Source: Felis catus (Eukaryota). From it: 64,000 bases of DNA. Positions within the stretch are counted from its first letter, which is position 1, and every line of letters starts with the position of its first letter. The stretch spans positions 42,410,001 to 42,474,000 of the forward strand of contig NC_058368.1 of NCBI RefSeq assembly GCF_018350175.1, given 5' to 3'. This document shows positions 52,987-64,000 of this stretch, piece after piece. The position numbers and the translations under genes were made by a program. A model generated the notes under the pieces. It had not been told where the DNA came from. It searched no databases and saw only the letters and a list, made by a program, of their open reading frames with translations.

Positions 52987-53592
52987 AAAAATCATGTTAT
53001 ATATGTTTCTTTTCACTATGCACCTCTCCCTTAAAAAAACTATTTAAAAAAATAAGATGTGTACTCTATGATGATGTGAGGGTTAAGAGTTGTTTCTCAT
53101 ACTTAAATAGAAATTATATATGTGCACATTTTTAGCCTATCAATTCAGTGGAATATTTAGGAGTCATTAGAAAGCAGTCATTATAAATTTGGGTCACTTG
53201 GTTTTCAAACCCAAAGAGAAAGTATGCTTTAACTCCAACCACATATGCAGGAGACTTCTTTTTCTTATTTTTTAAGGTGATTTAATAAGTAGAATAAATA
53301 TTTTAAAAATTTAAGTGAAGCTTTTCATGCAGAAAAATATTTTCTACACTTATTATGTTTTGACATTTATTATACTTTGACATTCTAGGGATTTTATCAG
53401 TGTCTTGCTGAAAGAATAATGGATATGGTTAACATAAAAAGATGCTACTTCTTAGTTTTCCACATTAATATAGACCTAGTAATGTTATACCCGTATGACC
53501 AATTGCAATATGCCTGATTTTTCTGCAATTTGTTTGAGGTCATACAGCATTTCCCTAATTAGATAATAAGGATATGCATTTATAATGTCCCT

Positions 53593-54130
53593 TGATGGGG
53601 TTCAGGACATGCTACCCCCCAAAATATGACACCTTTGCATATTGAATATTTTAAGCTGAAGAAGTTTGAGAAAACAGCTGAAAACAGGAAGTTCAGTCTA
53701 ACCTTACTCCACCCTTCTCTGAAATAGGTCATAAAACTCTCCCCTGAGAGGTTCCCCCTCTATACCTGGAAGAACAAAGGATCCTTATCTCTGAGAACAA
53801 AGGAATGCTGGGAAGAATCAGAACAAATAGGACTTGCTAAGTTTCCCCTGGTTTACTATACTTACTTTACACTAGTTGATCTCTCTTCACCACTCATACT
53901 CTTTGATATCTCTCCACTACTGTCCACTTTTCATGAGACCTAGCAGAAAAATACTCAGGCCTGTTTCTCTGGGTCTTCATTTTCTTATGAAGTCTCCCAT
54001 GTCACATAAAACTTATATTAAATAAATACATGTGCTTTTGTCCTGTTACTCTGTCTTTGCCAGTTTAATTTTCAGATCCACCTAGGGACCTTAAGAGGGT
54101 GGGTGGAGGAAAACAACTTCCTCTCCTACA
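53593..54130 (+). mobile_element. ERV1 solo LTR (MER34A-like)
   Basis: TG...CA termini; GGGGTTCAGGACATGCTACCCC..AAAATATG..CATATTGAATATTTTAAGCTGAAG start; AAACTTATATTAAATAAA polyA region; CTTCCTCTCCTACA end; TSD not clean. Confidence 0.85.
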
Positions 54131-54458
54131 CCTATCACCATTATACTCAGAACAGACACAGCATATCCATATTAAGTAAATGAATCTATATCCTCAGTAG
54201 CATCGTTGCCTATTAGTGGTGTTGAACTCTGCCTCTCAAAATGATAAATGGCTAAGGCTTAAAAAACACTTAGGGCTATCATGCCTTCCAGGGTTATTTG
54301 CTGTCTTTCTTTTCCTTTTCCTTTTTTAGCCAAGAATTCCAGACAAAATCTTTTCAGTCATATATCTAACAATTCTACTTTACATTGTCCCTCAATTTAA
54401 TTGTGGGACACGTCTGTTAACGAGCAGAGAAACATAATTCTCAAGTTAAGTTCTAAAC

Positions 54459-54773
54459 CAGGACTGTCCAGAAGAGGTAAATCACATACGTAATTTTAAG
54501 TATCTACAACAGTCATATTTTAAAAGTTAAAAGAAATAGGTGAAATTAATTTAATAATGCACTTTATTTTACCCAATGTATACAAAATACCATCTGTTAA
54601 ACATGAAATCCATTTAAAATATTAATGAGATCCCTACAATTTTCATGTGTATGTGCACTATCTTTGGAATGACTGTGCATTTTTACACTCACAGCACATC
54701 TCAGTTTGAACTAGCCACGTTTCAAGCACTCAGTTGCCACATATGGTTCATAAGTACCCTATTGGATACACAG
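54459..54773. mobile_element. MER33-like hAT-Charlie element
   Basis: CTGTCCA...TTGGATA termini; AAAGAAATAGGTGAAATTAATTT; TTACACTCACAGCACATCTCAGTTTGAACTAGCCACGTTTCAAG. Confidence 0.8.
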
Positions 54774-56205
54774 ACTTTACTGATGTAAAAGACAATTTCT
54801 CTTCCCACGGCAGCCACTCTGTAGCCATGCGATTTTGTCTCTTTTAATTTTTCTGGGGGTGAGGGGGAAGGGGGAAGAATTTTAAAGAATAAAACAAAGC
54901 CACCAGAGTTAAAAAAAAAAACAATAAAACAAAAATCTAAATGTATTAACTTCTCAGGCTAGGGAATGCCTGGCAATGGAGAAGTGGGCCATGTAGGTCA
55001 CTGATTTAGGGAAAGAAGTCCAGGGTTTGAGGGCTGGGCCTATATAGAACAGAGAAGGTGGGATTTTGCTCAATTTATGCTAACTAAAGATGGAAAGCTA
55101 GCTCCATGGATTGAATCGCATGTGTTAAGTCTTGTCAGGATTTAATGGCAATGATACCCAGGCAGAAAAGTTTTCAGTTACTTCCAATAAAGGTTTGTCC
55201 TCCTTAGGTCACTCAGAGCCCAAAGTTCTTTACTACTCTATTTTGGTAGAACCAGTAGTGGTGACACAGCATTCAGTTTTGATAGCTCTTAGCTCCTAGG
55301 CAAATACCTCAATAAGCAGGACATACTTGTTTACAATAGAATAACCCAAGACAGCAATGTAAGACAAGCATACTAAATACAAAATAAGGCTAATTATTTT
55401 CCAATTTTACATAGCTTCATCACAAACAATACTATTGATAAAATCAACATATATTTAATAAATAATACCTCATTTAAATTTTCTTTAAAAATGACTTCAA
55501 GTATTAGATAAGAGGATATTCTAGAATATGATTTTTTACGTAAGGTGTATTCATTAAAAGGTTTGTTTTTTTTTTCAAAAAGCAGTTATCAACATAAATT
55601 AGCTTTGCATCCCACATGGTATATGCATTATACTAAGGCTATACCTTATATACAAGGATGCCTGATATGTGACCTCTATTAATGTACAGAAAAGAGAATA
55701 TTTGTTGTGTTTAGAAAATTAGGAGCTACATAAGCATCTGCCTGAGCCACCCTGACACCCCAGGAGCTACATATTTATTAAATTTAATTACAATGCCTTA
55801 AAAGGTGGTCATTTTACACACGAAGAAACTGAAATTCAGCAATATTAAACAGCCTGTACCTATTTCTACAGGTAAGTGGCAAAGACTGCATTAGAATAGG
55901 TATGTTTGATCCCAAACCTCAAACTCATTTATGAATGGTATGTTACTTACTTTAGAGTCATTTGGCAAAAAATTGAAGCAGAAAAAAAAAAAAGGAAAAA
56001 CAGTCTTCCAAATATTTGCCAAACTTGTGCATTTAATTCATCAACAGCTATACATGTAAGAACATCAAATATATTTTAAATCATCTCAACATGTTAGAAT
56101 ATGAAGGACTAATCCTATCAGAATATGTTTATGCCTTACTTTCTTGTCATCTCTTTGAATTTAAAACTTGCATCCTATCCATTTAGAAAGGTCTCTAAAC
56201 TAAGT

Positions 56206-56589
56206 TGAGTTGCACAACGCTAAAAGCAAGACAAGAGACCCCAAATGCTTGCTTACACTAAGTCCCATGTCTCCCAACCAAGACTTAATTACAGTTTCAG
56301 CTCTCCCAGTAATGGAACCTTAAACCAATCAGCAATCACCTGATCAGCACTAGTGAGGTAATCTGCCTGACAGACCCCTGCCATCCCCTAAAGGAAAGTA
56401 AATTTGCAATAACCAACCCACTCTTTTACCCAGTATAACTTCCTTGTTCCTGCTCCCTCCAGCCTATAAGTCTTATTTTGCAAACTCCCCTTAGCAACTT
56501 GCTGCTACAATGGATATGCCTGATTAGAATCAGTTCTTGCTCAGATAAACTCTTCAAAGTTTTAATATGCCTCAGTTCGTCTTTTAACA
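56206..56589 (+). mobile_element. ERV1 (MER4-group-like) 5' LTR; start approximate
   Basis: CCAATC box, CTTCCTTGTT, TATAAG at about 56465 and TTGCTCAGATAAACTC...CTTTTAACA end; directly followed by a tRNA-Leu-like PBS (TGATGTCAGAGGAGAGA, 56594-56610). Confidence 0.75.
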
Positions 56590-57420
56590 GTTCTGATGTC
56601 AGAGGAGAGAGAACCAGGGAGCCCCCCCCTCCCCCCCCCCCCCGCGCCGAGACCCCAGGAGCAAGGAGCAAACACTGGCGCCCTGAGCTGTACCTGTTGC
56701 GCTCCGGAACTGGCTGCTTTCTTGCGGTGCCTGGAGGTGATGGGAAAGTCCCGCTTGGAGCCCAGCTCAGCAGCTTTTGCATTTCGAGCTTTCAGGCTTT
56801 ACTTGAGCAATTCTTGTTCTCACCGGGTCTGACTTAAGAACAGGACAGGCTCGGACTTAGAAAGTGGGTTGGGTCCGGGGTCGAACTGAGTCCGACTTAG
56901 AAACTGGGCTTGGTCCAGGGTCAGATTGGTTCCGCGGTCACACTGGTTCCGATTAGAAAGCGGGCTGGCTCCGGGGTCGGACTGTGCCCGGCTTAGAAAC
57001 CGGGCTGGGTCCAGTGTCAACTGGGTCCAGGTGCAGACCAGGTCCGACTTAGAAACCGGGCTGGGTCCAGGGTGAGACAGGGTCCAACTTAGAAACCTGA
57101 ACGGGTTCAGAATCAGACTGGTTCCGACTTAGAAACTAGGCTGGAGGGAGGGTGGGACTAGGTCTAACTCAGAAACCAGGCTAGGTCCAGGGACAGACTG
57201 GTTCTGACAGAAACCAAGCTAGGTCCAAGGTTGAACTGCGTGTTACTGAAACTGGACTAGGTCCAGGGTGAAGCCGCAGGTACCTAAGTAAAACTTTGTT
57301 TTAAGGTTGAACAATCAGGTTAACCTTACCAAAGATAGTCCTAAATTACAGTGGCCACAGGGGAGAACTTTTAACCATCTTCAATAAACAAACATTTACT
57401 GAGGTGCCCTAGAGAAAAAA
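56590..57420 (+). mobile_element. ERV1 internal leader with minisatellite and a short gag-like remnant
   Basis: PBS, GC-rich leader and 40-bp repeats, then NLTKDSPKLQWPQGRTF (57322-57372), resembling an ERV1 matrix WP..GTF motif. Confidence 0.65.
56853..57272 (+). repeat. Minisatellite, about 10 copies of a 40-bp unit plus two extra 17-bp sub-units
   Basis: Consensus approximately CCGACTTAGAAACYGGGCTGGGTCCAGGGTCAGACTGGTT. Confidence 0.95.
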
Positions 57421-58185
57421 GGGGTCTCAGCCAAATACTCACCATTAAGGATAGAAAGAACATTATTTTTCCCCCTTTACAGTTTCTAGTGACCAGGATG
57501 AAACCCACTGGGACAGCCCTGTCACTTTGGAATCTGCAGACAGGATCCTGGGAAAACTAGCAGAAGCCAGCAAAAGGTGAGAATTCTTACCAAAGTCAGC
57601 TCTCCCATATCTCTACTGTGGTGCCTGGTCAAGGAAAAAAAAGGTAAAATTTCATGTTGTCCCTTCCTTTCCAAATTCAGATTGGCAGGCAAAAGACATT
57701 TGTATGAATTAGATCTTTGAATTGTGACTTGTTGATCCTTTCATTCCCAGGAACATCTGTTGCCCTCTTGCTCCTTTTTATATCCGAATAACTTGAATTG
57801 GCAACCAATTCCCCCCAATCAGGTTGGGGACCCCCAAAATATAGCCGAACAGCAATGTGAGTTGCACCCCATTTGCAGCATGGTATGGCTGGACAGAAAT
57901 GGGAATTTTAGTCCACTTGCAGCTAGGGTCCTACCGACTATTGCCTACTCTTGGGAATTGTCTAAGGCTTTCTTTCTTTTGGTTATCTTTGGGAGTGGTT
58001 GTGGATCTTGAGAGAGTAACATCCTTTGCACTGTCTTTTGGAGACAACCTCCTGCTTCCAAGAGGTTGTTCAATATGGCCAGGAATGTTTACTGTTTATC
58101 CCAGCTGAAACCTGACAAGATATTTGAAAGGTTTTCAGTAACCAGAAGCTGGCCAACTTGGCAGCGGATAGTCAGAGTCTAATAG
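57421..58185 (+). mobile_element. Second ERV1 segment: MER34-like LTR 3' end (57421-57481), tRNA-Arg-like PBS and internal leader
   Basis: GGGGTCTCAGCC...TTATTTTTCCCCCTTTACA, then GTTTC-TAGTGACCAGGATGAAAC; AAAAGGTGAGAATTCTTACC donor-like leader motif. Confidence 0.6.
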
Positions 58186-58778
58186 TGATCTGGGAAACAA
58201 AGGCAAATGAAACATTTAATTTCATACTGTCTACAGCCCATTGACATGTCCTTGAAATAGGCAGAGTGACCTTCCACTAGGAACTTAGCTGCCTTGATGA
58301 TGACACTTTGTTAACGACAGAAGGCAATCTTAGCCCAACCCTCCAGGATCCTGTAAGTCTACTTTAATATATAAAAAATCCTTTGGAAACTTCCTTTATC
58401 TATATAACTCCCCCCCCCCCACCACGCCCCGGCCAAGATACAGGTTGGAAATCATACTCCAAGCTTATGGCCCCCTGATATACATATGAAGGGTCTCATG
58501 ACTGAGGTTTTACTAGACAGTAATAAAAGTCCTTTTCCTAACAGTAGCAACCCGCCCCCCCCCCCCAAAGTTCTGGAAACCTTGCTTCCAAAATTCCTTG
58601 GAGACTTAGGCCTTCTCTGATTAAGTCACCTGTCACAACCCCAGCACAGCTCTTTCTGCCCACAGGTCCTGTCCCGTGTTTTAATAAAAATCACCTTTTT
58701 GTGCACCAAAGAGGTCTCAAGAATTTTTCATGGCAGTCACCTCTGGACACCCACCCCTATCATTCCAAAACTGCATCA
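58186..58778 (+). mobile_element. Solo LTR (593 bp, probably a carnivore ERV1 family) inserted in the ERV internal region
   Basis: TGAT...ATCA inverted termini; flanks ATAG / GTAG (4-bp TSD, 1 mismatch); GCTCTTTCTGCCCA...TTTAATAAA polyA region. Confidence 0.8.
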
Positions 58779-59403
58779 GTAGGACTTACAGCCTTTTCCA
58801 CTAGTTCAAATGAAACGATGTACCCAGTTTATCTTTTAACAACACAAAGCTTCCTTCCTTAAATTCTTAAACTTTCTTAACATTTTAAAGTTGGGGATGT
58901 TACTACAGCAATGTTTTATAAAAACTAGAGCTAAATAAAACCACTTGATTCACATTTAATGTTCACTTTTTAGGCATATAATAAAATGCGTTTAATTTAT
59001 AATTTCATAAAACTAGTATTACTCATTATAATTGCTATATTAGTTATATTAGTAATATTCTAATGAATTTTTTCAATGACTGCAAATATCCTTTCTTTCA
59101 CAAAAGATATTAATGAAGAGAACATCATATATGATAGTAGTATCTTTCTCCATCCCCCTAATTCCTCCAAAACTGCAAATAAACAGAAGTGAGTTGAGGC
59201 AAGGGTAACCCTTATTTTCTGCGTTGGTGTTCAGTGGTGGAGAAAATAACAACTTAACAGAAGAAAAAATTTGAAGCACTATTCAGTTTGCAATTGTTTT
59301 AAAAATTATCAAATATTTTGTAATTAATGACCTACAAATTATAAAAATCCAATCAAAATCATAGGTTAATAGGATTACAACCTGCCTGAGAAAGATCAGG
59401 CCA

Positions 59404-60687
59404 CTGGCACAAAAACAGACACTCAGATCAATGGAACGGAATAGAAAACCCAGAAATGGACCCACAAATGTATGGCCAACTAATCTTTGACAAAGCAGGA
59501 AAGAATATCCATAGAATAGAGACAGTCTCTTCAGCAAGCGGTGCTGGGAAAACTGGACAGCGACATGCAGAAGAATGAACCTGGACCACTTTCTTACACC
59601 ATACACAAAAATAAACTAAAAATGGATGAAAGACCGAAATGTAAGACAGGAAGCCATCAAAATCCTCGAGGAGAAAGCAGGCAAAAACCTCTTTGATCTT
59701 GGCTGCAGCAACTTCTTACTCAACACATCTCCAGAGGCAAGGGAAACAAAAGCAAAAATGAGTTATTGGGACCTCAGCAAAATAAAAAGCTTCTGCACAA
59801 CAAAGGAAACAATCAGCAAAACTAAAAGGCAACAGACAGAATGGGAGAAAATATTTGCAAATGACATATCAGATAAAGGGTTAGTATCCAAAATCTATAA
59901 AGAACTTATCAAACTCAACACCCAAAAAACAAATAATCCAGTGAAGACATGGGCAAGATACATGAATAGACACTTTTCCAAAGAAGACATCCAGATGGTG
60001 AACTGATAACATGCAAACATGCTCAACATCATTCATCATCAGGGAAATACAAATCAAAACCACAATGAGGGGTGCCTGGTTGGTTCAGTCAGTTAAGCAA
60101 CTGACTCTGGCTCAGGTCATAATCTCACAGTTCATGGGTTTGAGCCCCATGTCGGGCTCTGTGCTGACAGTTTAGAGCCAGGAGCCTGCTTCAGATTCTG
60201 TGTTTCCCTCTCTCTCTCTCCCTCCCCTGCTCGTTCTCTGTCTCTCTCTGTCTCTCAAAAATAAGTAAATGTTAAAAAAAAAAACACAACGAGATACCAC
60301 CTCACACCTGTCAGAATGGCTAACATTAACAACTCAGGCAACAACAGATGTTGGTGAGGATACAGAGAAAGAGGAACCCTTTTGCACTGCTGGTGGGAAT
60401 GAAAACTGGTGCACCCACTCTGGAAAACAGTATGGAGGTTCCTCAAAAAATTAAAAATAGAACTACCCTATGACCCAGCAATTGCACTACTAGGTATTTA
60501 TCCAAGGTATGCTATTTCGAAGGGGCACATGCACCCCAAAGTTTATAGCAGCACAATAGCCAAAGTATGGAAAGAGCCCAAATGTCCATCGATGGATGCA
60601 TGGGAAAGAAGATGTGATATATATCTATCTATATCTATATCTGTATCTATATCTATATCTATATCTATATCTATATCTATATCTATC

Positions 60688-60735
<48 letters not shown>

Positions 60736-61097
60736 GGAGTATTACTTGGCAATCAAAAAGAATGAAATCTTACCATTTGCAACTATGTGGATAGAACTAG
60801 AGGGTATTACGCTAAGCAAAATTAGAGAAAGACAAACATCATATGACTTCACTCATATGAGGACTTTAAGATACAAAACAGATGAACATAAGAGAAGGGA
60901 AGCAAAAATAATACAAAAACAGGCAGAGGGACAAAACATAAGAGACTCTTAAATTTTGAGAACAAATAGAGGATTACAGGAGGGGTTGTGGGAGGGGGAA
61001 TGGGCTAAATGGGTAAGGGGATTAAAGAATCTACTCCTGAAATCATTGTTGCACTCCATGATAACTAACTTGAATGTAAATTAAAAACAAAAAAAAA
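59404..61097 (+). mobile_element. 5'-truncated LINE-1 (ORF2 C-terminus, 3'UTR and poly-A)
   Basis: Highly similar to inner L1 38483-39900; TSD AGAAAGATCAGGCCA (59389-59403) / AGAAGGATCAAGCCA (61098-61112). Confidence 0.96.
60069..60280 (+). mobile_element. Can-SINE inserted in the truncated L1
   Basis: SINE body; degenerate TSD AAAACCACAATGA / AAAACACAACGA; L1 resumes at GATACCACCTCACACC. Confidence 0.95.
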
Positions 61098-61972
61098 AGA
61101 AGGATCAAGCCAGTTTCAAATCTGCTTAACTTGCCCTTACTTCCCAGTCCACACTGAAAATGAGCAACTTGCTCTCTGACTAGTGCTTTTCACACTCTGT
61201 AATAGACAAGCTCCTTTCTTTCCGAATTTGCTTTTTGCAGACCACAAAACTTCTTTATGGTAAAGAAATCATTACATGTATTTACTGTGAGGAAATTTCC
61301 TCTAATTAAATTCTTCTTCTTCTATTTTTTTTTTTACCCTTATGGAGGCTAAGAATAAACAGTACTAATGGGAACAGACTTAGGCAGATTAATTGATTTA
61401 AAAAAAAAAAAAAGCCGGTGGTGCTAATTGCTCTGCTTCTCTGAAAAGTCCTAGGATTGTCAAAAGCAGGGTATATTCATAGGAATATGTTGGGCATGTG
61501 AATATCATCCATCGTTCATGTTACATCAAGTAAAAGACTAAGAACCTCTTTTGACAGAGACCATTAAGCTTTCTTCCATCTCTTGTCATTCTGTGATCCA
61601 GAATGCTTCAAGAGCATTCTGAGTAATTGGCAGATTCTTGACTTTTATCAAACCTGCCACTTACTATACAAAGATTAAACAAGATATAATACATTGTAAA
61701 TACAAAAATGTATCTTTTAGATAAAATATGATTGCTTTCCATGTAGAGGTTTTTAATGGCTACATATTAGTACTTTGTTTTATTATGGGTCAAATTAAGG
61801 AGTATTTACCCCTTGATTCTGTGCATATTAAAAAAAATGTTTAAAGGCACCAGTAACAAGACTTCCACCTGATATTAGGTAATGCCAAGCATAACTATTG
61901 TGAAGAAAAAAAGAGGTCCATTTTACCTTCACAGTTTCAAAAAAAAAAAAAGTTCATTTAAATCTGCCAACA

Positions 61973-62144
61973 GGGGCACCTGGGTGGCTTAGTTGGTTAA
62001 GTGTCTGACTTTGGCTTAGGTCATGATCTCATGACTCATGAGTTCAAACCCCAAGTCAGGCTCTGTGCTAACAGCTCAGAGCCTGGAGCTTGCTTCAGAT
62101 TCTCTGTCTCCCTCTCTCTCTGCCCCTCCCCTGTCCAGGCTTTG

Positions 62145-62208
<64 letters not shown>

Positions 62209-62251
62209 CTTCAAAAATAAAAAAAAATTATTAAAAAATTTAATAAATAAA
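61973..62251 (+). mobile_element. Can-SINE with a long (CT)n tract
   Basis: TSD TAAATCTGCCAACA at 61959-61972 and 62252-62265. Confidence 0.96.
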
Positions 62252-62759
62252 TAAATCTGCCAACAGATATTATGAGGTTTGTGAAATCAGTAACATTGAA
62301 TGTAAACAGAAGTGGCCAGCCTTTCACTGTTAAGTGTGAAAAGTATTAGCATTTTACAGTTTGCATGAAAGTTGCCTTTACTATTTTTAAACTTTTCCTC
62401 TTTAGGTTCACAATTGTTTCAGGAATCTACCTGCTGTGCTTGTTTTTAATGATTACATAGAACAAGCAAAACAACTGTTTTATATTGAGCTTTTCCTACT
62501 TCACCTAAGCACTGCAATTGCCACTGATTAAATTATGCAGAGGACGTGGAGAATCATTAGATTCAGTCTTAATGTATATTTCCTCTTTAAATTATGCATC
62601 TTAATAGCTCTCCTTTTTAGAAAAAAACATTGTGGTCTGTAGAAGGTATTTCTAAGTATTCACTTTAGCTCTTGAATGCAAAATTTAATAATCACATATA
62701 AATTGGTTCCTCCCCCACCACCCCTCCCCACCCGCACCCCCTTCTGGCCACAGCGTTGA

Positions 62760-62900
62760 CGCTCAAATTATTGTTTGGGCAATGTTAAAATGCAGATTCC
62801 TTAACCCCACTTTCCAGAGATTCTAATTCAAAAGGTCTGGAGCAGTAATCTGCATTTTTGTCAAGCTCTAGGTAGTCTGGCATATATTTGACGAAATGTC
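62760..62900. mobile_element. MER5A/B-like hAT-Charlie relic
   Basis: TGTTAAAATGCAGATTCC...CCAGAGATTCTAATTCA..AGGTCTGG...AATCTGCATTTTT..CAAGCTC. Confidence 0.75.
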
Positions 62901-63309
62901 ATTCTAGCAAATTGAAGCAATAATCTTAAGAGTCAAATTTACATATTCATTCCTGTTAATTTCCCAAGCAAAAGGCATTTTCTCTTCAGAGATTTTTCTC
63001 TTTAAGGAAAATCAACTTCCCTGCCCAGCCCTCTATTCCCTGGGCATAATAGAGAAAACAAAAAGAACCAAATTATTAAATAACAATAGCATGATCTGTT
63101 TTAATAGATTAGTGATCCCATTTCTGTTTCATGCCTTGACCACTGCAGTCATTTTCTTTTAAAAAAATGAATGACCACCACCCTCCAAATCACAAAAGAT
63201 GAAATATAAAAAGCAAAACTCACCAAATACTATAAAAAGCCAATGGATATTATTGTGTTATATAATGTTCAATTCTTAGAATGACAAAATTTTAAATATT
63301 AAAACTTAG

Positions 63310-63450
63310 TTCTAGTATTGGCAAAATCGATGGCAAGACTAATATGGTAGTATCAATCAAAGCTAAATTCATCATAACGTTTTATCCAGCAACCTTACTT
63401 TTAATAATTTTTCCTAGAAAAATAAAACACACTTATTAGAAGTGTATCAA
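63310..63450 (+). mobile_element. Ancient L1 (L1M-type) fragment
   Basis: AGTATTGGCAA...AATATGGTAGTATC...TTTATCCAGCAA..TTACTTTTA...TCCTAGA resembles an old L1 ORF2 3' end. Confidence 0.45.
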
Positions 63451-64000
63451 GAAAAATTAAAACAAACTATTCAATATTAAGAGAATGCTTAAAAACCATA
63501 TGATTCAATGACCCACTATCTTGGTTAAATTACCGAAGGAAGTTACAATATGGTAATGTAATTGAGTTCCTGCTGAAAGCTATAGAGTTTTGCAGAAGGC
63601 TTATTTCAGACAATTGAGAGATGTTCCTTTGAGCAGATTAGGAGCCATTGCTGACCTCATGATATCAACCCCATATTGTTGACAGTGGAGGTGGGGTTCT
63701 GCAGGCTAGAACCAAGGGGCAGGAAGGGAATTTCTTACATAATATACTTCCAAAAAATAGTTGTGGTATTATGTAAATATTCCAAAATTTCTAAAAAGAA
63801 GCATGTGTTCTGCTATGTAATAGTAAATAATAGAAAAATGTATCTATTAGCTAACTAGCTATCTCCCTATAGTAGTGAATATTATGGAGTAAAATTCAAT
63901 ATAAGAGAGTTATATCTTGAAAATCACCCAAGAGGATATTTATATCCTGAAACACCTACAGGTAGTTTCATTTATAAGGTTATCCAGGGGAAGAAAACTC

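Noticed and set aside
1040..55878. AG|GT recursive-splice-like motifs at about 1072, 47891 and 55871
   Set aside because: The first two have weak donors (GTAAAT, GTAATT), the third appears to sit in a MIR relic, and nothing supports a plus-strand transcript.
56426..56837. Overlapping 118/119-aa ORFs across the LTR-leader junction
   Set aside because: GC-rich chance frames crossing a C homopolymer, with no retroviral or cellular motif.
56853..57272. 40-bp repeat array as a CRISPR-like system
   Set aside because: The units are head-to-tail with no unique spacers, no cas-like ORFs are present, and the context is a mammalian ERV leader; it is a minisatellite.
2992..62234. Many 60-90 aa ORFs with LSLSLS, ERERER or CVCVCV runs
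   Set aside because: They are translations of SINE (CT)n tracts and microsatellites.
2989..62251. tRNA genes
   Set aside because: The A/B-box sequences all belong to tRNA-derived SINE heads followed by SINE bodies, A tails and, in nearly all cases, TSDs.

Overview
This is AT-rich mammalian non-coding DNA, almost certainly from a cat-family (Felidae) genome. The main evidence is 18 tRNA-derived Can-SINEs, two of them near-intact young felid-type copies, together with carnivore-type L1s. I find no intact host gene, RNA gene or CRISPR array; the long ORFs are broken LINE-1 ORF1/ORF2 fragments or chance frames. The dominant structure is a four-level nest at 27.4-42.0 kb: a MIR is split by a full-length L1, whose ORF2 is split by a second full-length L1, which is split by a young SINE. 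Each insertion has a readable target-site duplication (TSD). A composite ERV1 region at 53.6-58.8 kb holds a solo LTR and a chimeric provirus remnant with two different LTR-end/primer-binding-site (PBS) junctions. That remnant also carries a CpG-rich 40-bp minisatellite and an inserted solo LTR. The rest is a 5'-truncated L1, older MaLR/L2/MIR/DNA-transposon relics, microsatellites and a few repeat-free stretches with enhancer-like motif clusters. I cannot support a new biological system from this sequence. The best leads are the CpG-retaining ERV leader (possibly a co-opted promoter), the nested L1 stack, and weak hints of a minus-strand host transcript. Repeat family names come from recalled consensus features, not from a database search.
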